IMG/VR virus record: IMGVR_UViG_3300044700_000221
Length of the DNA stretch: 64,000 bases
Source of the DNA: an uncultured virus (IMG/VR IMGVR_UViG_3300044700_000221)
Lineage: Duplodnaviria > Heunggongvirae > Uroviricota > Caudoviricetes
Strand: one strand, 5' to 3'
Shown here: piece after piece, positions 1 through 6,725 of the stretch
Position numbering within the stretch: the stretch's first letter is position 1
Layout: each line of letters begins with the position of its first letter
Made by a program: the position numbers and the translations under genes
The notes under the pieces: model-generated
Told to the model about the DNA's origin: nothing
Database searches by the model: none
Seen by the model: the letters and a program-made list of their open reading frames with translations, nothing else

Positions 1-1011
1 CACGCATCCCGGAGCTGCCTTGATGATCGCCCACAAGTCGCTATCACTCAGACTCATTGAGCCTGATTGATCGATGAGGACAACGCCACCGAGACCCCTG
101 GCACGACGGTCAAAGACACGTCGCTCAGGATCAGTGAGCATACGGTTGATACGTCGTGGGTCACGGCCACTGTTAGTAGCAATGCGCTTGCGACCAAGTC
201 GACCTGCTACACGTTCAGTGAGCGGAAGCTTGTCAAGCATCAATGGTGCAAACCCAGTATCGCCACCCTCGTCAGGTACTTCTTCACCACCAGGGAACTC
301 ATCTAGAGGGAACTCACCCTTATGGCGTAGTAGACCAGCTAGCTGTCGGGCAAGCCCAAGAGTGCCAGTCATATACCCAAAAGGAAGCTCAACTTCCTCC
401 TCATTGATATCTACCTCGTACGGCCTTGTACTATCGACCGAATCGGTGTAGCCCTTGTCCCAACTACGCTTGACAACTTTGATGGTCTTGCGCACATTCA
501 ATGCATGCGCAAGCATCGCTGGGTTAGCGCCGTCTTTGACAGCCTTACGGATACCAGCCATGAATGGCCTGATCGCACCAGTGCCCTCCATTGCCGCGAT
601 TGCGTAAGTCACGTCATTGAAGTTATTGGACTTGGCCACGATTTCACCCTCACGCTTCTCGGACCCATCGTAAAGATAGGACATATCGAAGCCTGCTTTG
701 TTGGCAATGTAGTTGACACGGAACTCTTCACATGTAGTGGCGAGATCCGTGTTGATGCCAAGTGATCGATGACTGTCAGGAACTACCGGACCAAGTGCAG
801 GGCTAACCTTGGCGTGCACCATTTCATGTGCACGGATTGCCCGTGATGTGTCGTCCTCGCCAAGAGGAACACGCATGCGTCGACCGTCGATATCGGTCCA
901 TGCGTTACCCCTCGTTGGGCGACCATCCTCAATTTTCCAGGGGGTTGGTTCCCCCTGGAAAATGTCCTCCCTGGACAACCACTCTGGGTATGGGGCGTGA
1001 GTTTTTGTCAT
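1..1011 (-). CDS. Metallopeptidase-like (HExxH) + VWA-domain protein, partner of the MoxR-type ATPase; partial, runs off the window start
   Basis: Not in the ORF track. Both ends translated by hand from ATG 1011 (TGATG overlap with the ATPase stop): MTKTHAPYPEWLSRED...RAIRAHEMVHAK...GGVVLIDQSGSMSLSD. HExxH and the MIDAS DxSxS motif are in the same frame. Confidence 0.8.
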   Translation of the reverse strand, partial: MTKTHAPYPEWLSREDIFQGEPTPWKIEDGRPTRGNAWTDIDGRRMRVPLGEDDTSRAIRAHEMVHAKVSPALGPVVPDSHRSLGINTDLATTCEEFRVNYIANKAGFDMSYLYDGSEKREGEIVAKSNNFNDVTYAIAAMEGTGAIRPFMAGIRKAVKDGANPAMLAHALNVRKTIKVVKRSWDKGYTDSVDSTRPYEVDINEEEVELPFGYMTGTLGLARQLAGLLRHKGEFPLDEFPGGEEVPDEGGDTGFAPLMLDKLPLTERVAGRLGRKRIATNSGRDPRRINRMLTDPERRVFDRRARGLGGVVLIDQSGSMSLSDSDLWAIIKAAPGCV

Positions 1012-1775
1012 CACTCTCCAATGTTGTTGACACGAATGGTGTCCACGATGGACATCCATGAATTGGGGAACAGCAGCTTGGCTGCTTCATTCAACGCTTC
1101 GTCAGCGTCAAGCCCAGTTGATAACAAGTGACTGCGCAACTTGTCAAACGCAGCCCACCCACGTAGTGAGGTGCGTCGCTCACCCTCAAGGTCTGCTGAC
1201 AAAGCAGCAGGCACACGCAGATCTTCTGACAAGAATGTCAGAGCATCTGGGTGGGGGGTGTTGATGCGCAACGCTACAGGGAAACGATCCTTGAGGGCTG
1301 TCGGCAATTCACGCATGTCCTCGATATTGGTTGTCATCACCGCACTAAAGCCTTGACGGGGCTTCATTTCAGTGCCACGTTCTGGGTGCAACCAAGTTGC
1401 ACTTGCTTCGCTGTCAAGCATGCTGAGCAATAGTGACAGTACGTCACCATTGGCACGGTCGATTTCGTCAACGACTAGACGACCGCCCTGGATGCCGTTG
1501 CCTTCCCAGGCACGGACCGCGGAACCATCGTGCCAATGCCAAGCACCACTAGCACTGGGCATGTAGTGACCAACGACGTCTGATGACGTCATTTCTTCCG
1601 TACAGATAAGACGGAAGGCACCCCCAAGGGTGTCGCCGTAGTTAAGGCCAGCAAAGGTTTTGCCGGTTCCTGGGGGCCCAAACAAGATGATCTTGTCGAG
1701 GCCAGCCTCAAGAGCGAGCTTGACGTCTTGCCAGCACTTAGGCAGTTTGTTGTTGTTGTCTGTTGCCATTTTCAT
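1011..1775 (-). CDS. MoxR/CbbQ/CobS-like AAA+ ATPase
   Basis: Walker A GPPGTGKT, Walker B LVVDEIDR, ALKDRF Arg finger. Start moved to ATG 1775 (or 1769), behind GAAAGGGG. Confidence 0.88.
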   Translation of the reverse strand: MKMATDNNNKLPKCWQDVKLALEAGLDKIILFGPPGTGKTFAGLNYGDTLGGAFRLICTEEMTSSDVVGHYMPSASGAWHWHDGSAVRAWEGNGIQGGRLVVDEIDRANGDVLSLLLSMLDSEASATWLHPERGTEMKPRQGFSAVMTTNIEDMRELPTALKDRFPVALRINTPHPDALTFLSEDLRVPAALSADLEGERRTSLRGWAAFDKLRSHLLSTGLDADEALNEAAKLLFPNSWMSIVDTIRVNNIGE

Positions 1776-1806
1776 ATCCCCTTTCAAGGGTTTGGGTGGA
1801 TAACAA

Positions 1807-1841
1807 TGGACGACGGCACGGTTGCACCGTACCGCCGTCCA
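1807..1841 (-). repeat. Leader hairpin repeat, copy 1 (TGGAC..GG...AACCGTG...CGTCCA)
   Basis: Minus strand TGGACGGCGGTACGGT-GCA-ACCGTGCCGTCGTCCA pairs fully using two G-U pairs. Related copies at 3458-3492 and 5141-5175. Confidence 0.75.
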
Positions 1842-1860
1842 GAAAGAACTACTAAGGAAT

Positions 1861-2202
1861 CTACGGTGCAGATTCCTCCAGCCCAAGGTGGGCTGGTACA
1901 TCGATGATCTGGTTTGTAAACCAGGGCCACAAGTCTGGCAACACTAATGTCAGCCAGCCTGTCAAGTCATCAAGGGATTCAAACACCTTCCCCTTGACGT
2001 CTACTTTCACACCGACAACGTCGGCGTCCGGGATGTCGGACATGTCGTGACCGTATTGCTCACGAAATGCTTCGTGAACTTGTGAAGGCAGATCTTCTAC
2101 CTTCATAAGAAGATGCTTCGCAGCAATTACTGTCCAGCCTGTCATTGGGTGAAACCCTAACTGCACCATTGGGGGTGGTACGTCTGGCATGTCATCTTCC
2201 AT
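1861..2202 (-). CDS. Hypothetical protein
   Basis: 113-aa ORF with AGGAGG RBS, same strand as neighbours. Confidence 0.75.
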   Translation of the reverse strand: MEDDMPDVPPPMVQLGFHPMTGWTVIAAKHLLMKVEDLPSQVHEAFREQYGHDMSDIPDADVVGVKVDVKGKVFESLDDLTGWLTLVLPDLWPWFTNQIIDVPAHLGLEESAP

Positions 2203-2209
2203 TAGTCCT

Positions 2210-2355
2210 CCTGATGGAATTGGGGGGCCTTACGGTCCCTTATGGGTGGTTTAACTTTTCTATCCGCTTTACACGGACAGAAGGAACCGCAACCACGGTC
2301 GCGGGTACCTACTTCGGGGCCGTGGGCTTTCACCCACGACCACGACTTTCGGATT
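2210..2355 (-). ncRNA. Putative structured intergenic RNA (run of hairpins)
   Basis: GGTCGTGGG-TGAAAG-CCCACGGCC, CCGCGAC-CGTG-GTTGCGG and TTCTGTCCG-TGTAAAG-CGGATAGAA; G-U pairs work on the minus strand. Confidence 0.5.
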
Positions 2356-2362
2356 GTTCTAC

Positions 2363-2746
2363 TCACTCTTCCTCCTCAATGTCACTGAAACACCATGCGT
2401 AACGACAGCACCTATCTTCGAGAGGGACGTTGTCATCGTAGGCAGGGTGCCCGCCAACAAATTGTTGGCGCACATGCTCAGGGAATAATTCCAAGAGCGT
2501 GATCACACAGTCATGACACAAGTGCCATGACCGTTCTTCCTGTGTGTAGGGCCACGACTCGTTGAACATGCCGTAGCCTCCTAACCATTGAAGGCTGATG
2601 CCGTTTTCGACCTGCTCTAAGCAGACCTCTCGGTCTGTGCTGTCGTCGTAGACAAACTTGTCCTCTCCCCTGTACCTAGGCCACTCCTCTGGGGCCATTG
2701 GAGTTTCGCATTTGGTACACCGAAGCCAATCTGCTTTAGTGAGCAT
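2363..2746 (-). CDS. Hypothetical protein, possibly zinc-binding (CTKC ... CHDC)
   Basis: 127-aa ORF, two CxxC motifs, GGGAGGGG RBS, TAATG overlap. Confidence 0.75.
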   Translation of the reverse strand: MLTKADWLRCTKCETPMAPEEWPRYRGEDKFVYDDSTDREVCLEQVENGISLQWLGGYGMFNESWPYTQEERSWHLCHDCVITLLELFPEHVRQQFVGGHPAYDDNVPLEDRCCRYAWCFSDIEEEE

Positions 2747-2943
2747 TACCCCTCCCTCTTACGAGAGAGGAGTTCTGCAACTCTGCCCATCCTGCGGGCA
2801 TGGCGTAGATTCTCAAGAATCTCCAGCTGAAGTCGATGACCGAAGTCATCAACTCCAGACCATCGCCAGATTGGGAGGTCGTTTGAGAGCACACCCTCGA
2901 AATAGTTTTCGAGGAAGTTCTCTTCGTTGTTGTTGTCTTGCAT
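2746..2943 (-). CDS. Hypothetical protein
   Basis: ORF MQDNNNEENF..., AAGGGG RBS, translationally coupled to the next gene. Confidence 0.65.
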   Translation of the reverse strand: MQDNNNEENFLENYFEGVLSNDLPIWRWSGVDDFGHRLQLEILENLRHARRMGRVAELLSRKREG

Positions 2944-3021
2944 TTTTTGTACCCCCTTGGGTAGAAGCCCCACCTGATTGGTGGGGACACTTTGTGCTCA
3001 ATGGCTGAGTATCGTTGTTGA

Positions 3022-3393
3022 TCAGTCCGCTAACAGACTGATCAAAGTACTGGCCTGGTTTGCTAACAACCAGGCTTCCTTTGCGGCTTCCTTAGCCCGC
3101 AAAAGATCATTCAGGGCTACCAGCCGAGCTGGATCGTCGCCCTGTGAAAAGATGATCTTGTCGCTAGCTCGAAGCCCTAAGGCCTTGAGACCAGCGACAA
3201 CTCTGTGCTTATATAGATTGTGCTCATTGTGAGCACCCTCTACTATCCGCACGAGCACGGATTGCTGACGTGTCAGGGGGAGGTTACTAAACTCATCCCC
3301 TAACTCTTTTGCAAATTGGTCCATCAAAATGGCCATCCGGTTTTGAACCCGGTCGTCCATTGCTGGACTTGATTGCTTTTTTTTCTTACCCAT
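3022..3393 (-). CDS. Hypothetical protein (stem-enclosed gene)
   Basis: 123-aa ORF, GAAAGGGG RBS, flanked by inverted repeat 2996-3013/3432-3449. Confidence 0.8.
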   Translation of the reverse strand: MGKKKKQSSPAMDDRVQNRMAILMDQFAKELGDEFSNLPLTRQQSVLVRIVEGAHNEHNLYKHRVVAGLKALGLRASDKIIFSQGDDPARLVALNDLLRAKEAAKEAWLLANQASTLISLLAD

Positions 3394-3457
3394 AACAATT
3401 CCCCTTTCTAGGGATTAGTTGAATTTGTTATGACACTCAGCCATTGAGCGATTTGTT

Positions 3458-3492
3458 TGGACGGTGACACGGTTGCAACGGCGACCAGTCAA
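3458..3492 (-). repeat. Leader hairpin repeat, copy 2
   Basis: Plus strand TGGACGGTGACACGGTTGCAACGGCGACCAGTCAA; imperfect stem. Confidence 0.6.
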
Positions 3493-3510
3493 ACCGCCCG
3501 AGAAAGGTAG

Positions 3511-3631
3511 TGAGGCTGAGGGGAATCGAACCCCTGCGACACTTTCGTGATCCTGCCTACTGGCTTTCGGTTAGTTAATAACCAAGCCGCGGACGCGATA
3601 CTTTAGAGTTTGTGCGCTACCATTCAGCCTC
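3511..3631 (-). ncRNA. tRNA-like RNA (perfect acceptor stem and T arm, non-tRNA core), 121 nt
   Basis: GAGGCTG/CAGCCTC-A acceptor stem and AGGGG-TTCGATT-CCCCT T arm; no canonical D or anticodon arm. Confidence 0.75.
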
Positions 3632-3636
3632 TTGGG

Positions 3637-3668
3637 TGGGTCAGGTTTTACGACATGACCCAGGTCGT
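3637..3668 (-). ncRNA. Putative H-type pseudoknot
   Basis: Stem 1 ACGAC/GTCGT; loop TGGGTCA pairs with downstream TGACCCA across an AAAACC linker. Confidence 0.5.
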
Positions 3669-3783
3669 TGAGTTAGTAATCTTCAAGGCTCACTCACACA
3701 GCCAATACGCAGGCATTACCAACCTGTCATACCTTCGCCGGCATGCTAAGCGACAGATTTACGTCATGTCAGGACGCTCTCCG

Positions 3784-3999
3784 TCAGTCGAACGGAGAGA
3801 ATCTTGGTGACTCTTCGTCACAGCGGAATATGAAATCCGCTGCGTAGAGTTTGTCAATGCTGTCGCATTGACGTATGGTCTTGATTAGACCCTTTCGGGT
3901 CTCACGCAGCAATTGCCGCTCAAACTTCCGAGCTAAGCGTTGTTCCCGCTTGTATTCACGCACCTGGCGGTACGTGGTTGCAACCGACATTGTTTCCAT
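3784..3999 (-). CDS. Hypothetical basic protein
   Basis: 71-aa ORF, GGAGGT RBS. Confidence 0.7.
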   Translation of the reverse strand: METMSVATTYRQVREYKREQRLARKFERQLLRETRKGLIKTIRQCDSIDKLYAADFIFRCDEESPRFSPFD

Positions 4000-4002
4000 G
4001 AT

Positions 4003-4230
4003 TTACCTCCCCGCTTTCGCGGCTTCGATTTGGGCCTTGATCTCGGCGGTCATTTCCTTTACCTGCGTTGTTGCTTGAACAACCAACTTACTGGCTGTAC
4101 TCAACGCTCGGCTTAGGACTTCGTGATCCTCATTAGTCAAGTGGGTCATTAGCCCACGTTCCACGAAAATCCGCAAAGCGGATGTTACGTGGGTGACTTC
4201 TTGAGCAGTGCAAACTAGTTGTACTTCCAT
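4003..4230 (-). CDS. Hypothetical protein
   Basis: 75-aa ORF, GAGGT RBS; shares a 16-nt start context with the next gene. Confidence 0.75.
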   Translation of the reverse strand: MEVQLVCTAQEVTHVTSALRIFVERGLMTHLTNEDHEVLSRALSTASKLVVQATTQVKEMTAEIKAQIEAAKAGR

Positions 4231-4267
4231 GATTTACCTCTTCCTCCAAACCCCCACTGGGCGTGGG

Positions 4268-4340
4268 TGCTCTCGGCAGGATTCGAACCTGCGGCCTACG
4301 GTTTAGGAAACCGTCGCTCTATCCGCTGAGCCACGAGAGC
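4268..4340 (-). tRNA. tRNA-Arg(CCU)
   Basis: Cloverleaf: GCTCTCG/CGAGAGC acceptor, GCTC/GAGC D stem, ACGGT-TTCCTAA-ACCGT anticodon arm, GCAGG-TTCGAAT-CCTGC T arm. Confidence 0.95.
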
Positions 4341-4382
4341 GGGTATTTACTCAATGGTCGAACGCCCCTTACTGCGGGGTTG

Positions 4383-4733
4383 TTATTGAGCTTCCTCAAA
4401 GCTGTCAAGGCGATGAATGTACTCGTCTGTTTCCTGTACTAGCTGTAGAAATTCCTTTTGAAATTTCCCTGCTAAAACTTCGAACACGGCTGGCTTCATG
4501 ATTTCCATGAGCCACTCTTCCGTAGGGTATGTTTCGTACCCATACGCTGCATTGCCGAAACGTCGAACGAGGTGATACATTCCTCGCTCGACATCGTCGA
4601 GTGTCACATCACGCCCCGTGACGGGGCATACTCGGTTGTGGGTTCGTGCCCACTTCTCGAGTAGTTTGTGACTGTCGACGATCTTTTCACGTTGATTTAG
4701 ATCATCCGTGATGTACTTCTTTGGCTTTTCCAT
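4383..4733 (-). CDS. Hypothetical protein (stem-enclosed gene)
   Basis: 116-aa ORF, GAAAGGGG RBS, inverted repeat 4346-4365/4767-4786. Confidence 0.8.
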   Translation of the reverse strand: MEKPKKYITDDLNQREKIVDSHKLLEKWARTHNRVCPVTGRDVTLDDVERGMYHLVRRFGNAAYGYETYPTEEWLMEIMKPAVFEVLAGKFQKEFLQLVQETDEYIHRLDSFEEAQ

Positions 4734-4822
4734 ATTGTCCCCTTTCTAGGACTGGAGCAGCAGGAAGCGTTCGACCATTGGGTAAAAAGGTTGCCAATGA
4801 TTAGGTGGGCCGACCAAGTGGA

Positions 4823-5071
4823 TTACTTATAAATGTGGGCGCCGATTGACCAAGTTGATGAGTATATCTTTCTGATACCCAACATGACCATGGACTCTGC
4901 GCCCGTTTCAAGGTTACGAATTCTCAGTTGGTGAGAGCGCATGCGCCCAAACTCTTCTGAATACCCAACTGCAACAACCTTGCCAAAGACGCCTGGGAAG
5001 TCCAGAACATCTCCAACTTGTGGTTTAGACGGTTCTGTATACACATCAACGTCTTGAAACAAATATGCCAT
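4823..5071 (-). CDS. Hypothetical protein, possibly small beta-barrel (stem-enclosed gene)
   Basis: 82-aa ORF, GAGGT RBS, inverted repeat 4794-4815/5106-5130. Confidence 0.75.
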   Translation of the reverse strand: MAYLFQDVDVYTEPSKPQVGDVLDFPGVFGKVVAVGYSEEFGRMRSHQLRIRNLETGAESMVMLGIRKIYSSTWSIGAHIYK

Positions 5072-5140
5072 AACTACCTCGTTTCTGCCCTAAGGGGCAA
5101 TCAGAGGTCGGTTATCCACCTAACCATTGGGCGATTAGGT

Positions 5141-5175
5141 TGGACGGCTGCACGGTTACGCTGTGCGCCAGTCCA
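5141..5175 (-). repeat. Leader hairpin repeat, copy 3
   Basis: Minus strand TGGACTGGCGCAC-AGCGTAACC-GTGCAGCCGTCCA. Confidence 0.7.
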
Positions 5176-5255
5176 GAACGGTCGATGTCAGGACGTGCTC
5201 GGTTTGTTCTCCAAACCGTGAGGCCTAAGCCTCGTTATGGGGCTTTATGCCCCTA

Positions 5256-5411
5256 TCACTTGGCCTTGACGACCAAGTGGTTGAAGTCGACGCGGTTGTT
5301 CGTCAAACGAGCAACCTTGCTAAGTGCCACGACGGCCATGATGCGGCTTTCACCGCTGGCCTTGATGTGCTTGCCCCAAGGTGTGGGGCAAGATGCCTTG
5401 TACTTCTTCAT
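5256..5411 (-). CDS. Small basic hypothetical protein (51 aa)
   Basis: Not in the track; hand-translated MKKYKASCPTPWGKHIKASGESRIMAVVALSKVARLTNNRVDFNHLVVKAK, GAAAGGGG RBS. Confidence 0.7.
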   Translation of the reverse strand: MKKYKASCPTPWGKHIKASGESRIMAVVALSKVARLTNNRVDFNHLVVKAK

Positions 5412-5523
5412 AGTGTGTTCCCCTTTCTAAAGGGATAAGGAACACGCCCTGCCATCGGGGAGAAATGTTTCCCAACGGTTAGGCACACCTTGCTGGACAC
5501 CAACTAGTTGTTGTTGTTGTTGG

Positions 5524-5754
5524 TCAGTACGGTTTCTGGTTTGAATTCAGATAGATTGACGTCGTGATGGCGCCGTTTAACGCCGGGCTAGCAATGTCGT
5601 TAAGGTAGTAAAACACCTTATTCTTCAAGGCTGCTGCTTCGCCTTCGCTCAATTTATCGATGCCCTTGAGCATTTCGAGGGAATGTTCAATTTCTCGAAT
5701 TGCTTGTTTAAGCATCTTTTTGAGCTCTTTCTTCTTCTCCACTGTTACTCCCAT
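5524..5754 (-). CDS. Hypothetical helical protein (stem-enclosed gene)
   Basis: Start reset to MGVTVEKKK behind GAAAGAGG; inverted repeat 5451-5501/5770-5818. Confidence 0.75.
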   Translation of the reverse strand: MGVTVEKKKELKKMLKQAIREIEHSLEMLKGIDKLSEGEAAALKNKVFYYLNDIASPALNGAITTSIYLNSNQKPY

Positions 5755-5873
5755 GATGCACCTCTTTCCGGTGCCCAGCAAGCAATGCCTAACCATTGGG
5801 GAGAAAGGGACCGATAGCGCTGGCATGGGGGATGCCTGCTGCTTTGATGGGGTCGGTCGACTCCCAAGAGTGT

Positions 5874-6054
5874 GATGGACAGCGCCCCAGTTGCCCAAGG
5901 CGCTGTCCATCGGTACCCAATGGCGAGGGGTCATTCGATACTCATTTTCTAAGCGTCGACATTCTTAGCGTTAGACGCTCCCCTTGCGGGCATCGGCTTT
6001 CACCGATGATGGGTTCTCTTTGCGCCCGAAGGCAGCCCATCGTAACGAATGACC
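5874..6054 (-). ncRNA. Putative multibranch structured RNA plus 13-bp hairpin
   Basis: Closing helix GGTCATTCG/CGAATGACC with four internal hairpins carrying cUUCGg, GAAA and GCAA loops on the minus strand. Confidence 0.6.
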
Positions 6055-6176
6055 TGAGACAGATATACTCCTGAGTGGGCACTTGGTGTGCTAAGACGGT
6101 GGGATAGCGTCCGATGCCCTTCAGAGGGCGCTTCGACACGTGGCTGGGATACTAAGGACAGAGGGGCTCAATCAAG

Positions 6177-6725
6177 TCACTTGGAGACGACCGCCTGAAG
6201 GGCGTTCAAAACGGTCGTCATCTGATCAACCGTCAAGACGCCCAAGCGGACATCTTTCAGGAAGGTATTCACGTGGCGCTCAACGAGGACCGATGACTCG
6301 GTCTTCTTTGGCTCCGGTTTGCCGACAAGCGAAAGCTTGCGAAGCAATGACTCACGGGTTGCCCACTTTGTGAGGTTGCCCTCCGCAGTAAGGGTCAAGT
6401 AGTCACCGATGATGGTTTTGGTGGCCTCGGCGTTCTTGATGAACGCTTCACGCACCGTGCCATCGAGGTCCCAGAGGGTTGCCCCATCGGAAGGAAGAGC
6501 CATCGCCTTAGCGAACAAGACCACATAGTAGCCTCGGCCCTTCTCCTCGCCCAAGAGGAAATCAGCTTCGTCGGCCGAGAGACCGACAACCACCTTCTTC
6601 CATTCGGGATCGGTGACCACGGCATCGAAAGCAGCGATGCTCTCGACAACCGTACCGTGAGCGGTGAGGTACGCATTGATAGCGTCACCGCTGGTGAATT
6701 GGACTTGCATTTGTTGTGTACTCAT
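6177..6725 (-). CDS. Hypothetical protein, first gene of the leftward arm (stem-enclosed)
   Basis: Start reset to MSTQQMQ behind GAAAGGGG; long nested inverted repeats on both sides. Confidence 0.85.
   Translation of the reverse strand: MSTQQMQVQFTSGDAINAYLTAHGTVVESIAAFDAVVTDPEWKKVVVGLSADEADFLLGEEKGRGYYVVLFAKAMALPSDGATLWDLDGTVREAFIKNAEATKTIIGDYLTLTAEGNLTKWATRESLLRKLSLVGKPEPKKTESSVLVERHVNTFLKDVRLGVLTVDQMTTVLNALQAVVSK

Noticed and set aside
67..1566. Plus-strand ORFs in the track over the left end
   Set aside because: They are antisense shadows of the minus-strand VWA and AAA+ genes, which carry clear motifs.
3511..3631. tmRNA or ordinary tRNA
   Set aside because: Only 121 nt, no G3-U70 and no room for a tag ORF with pseudoknots; no canonical D or anticodon arm. 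Kept as a tRNA-like RNA.
5942..6139. 65-aa minus-strand ORF
   Set aside because: No RBS, and it overlaps a stem arm and tetraloop-rich structure; more likely non-coding.
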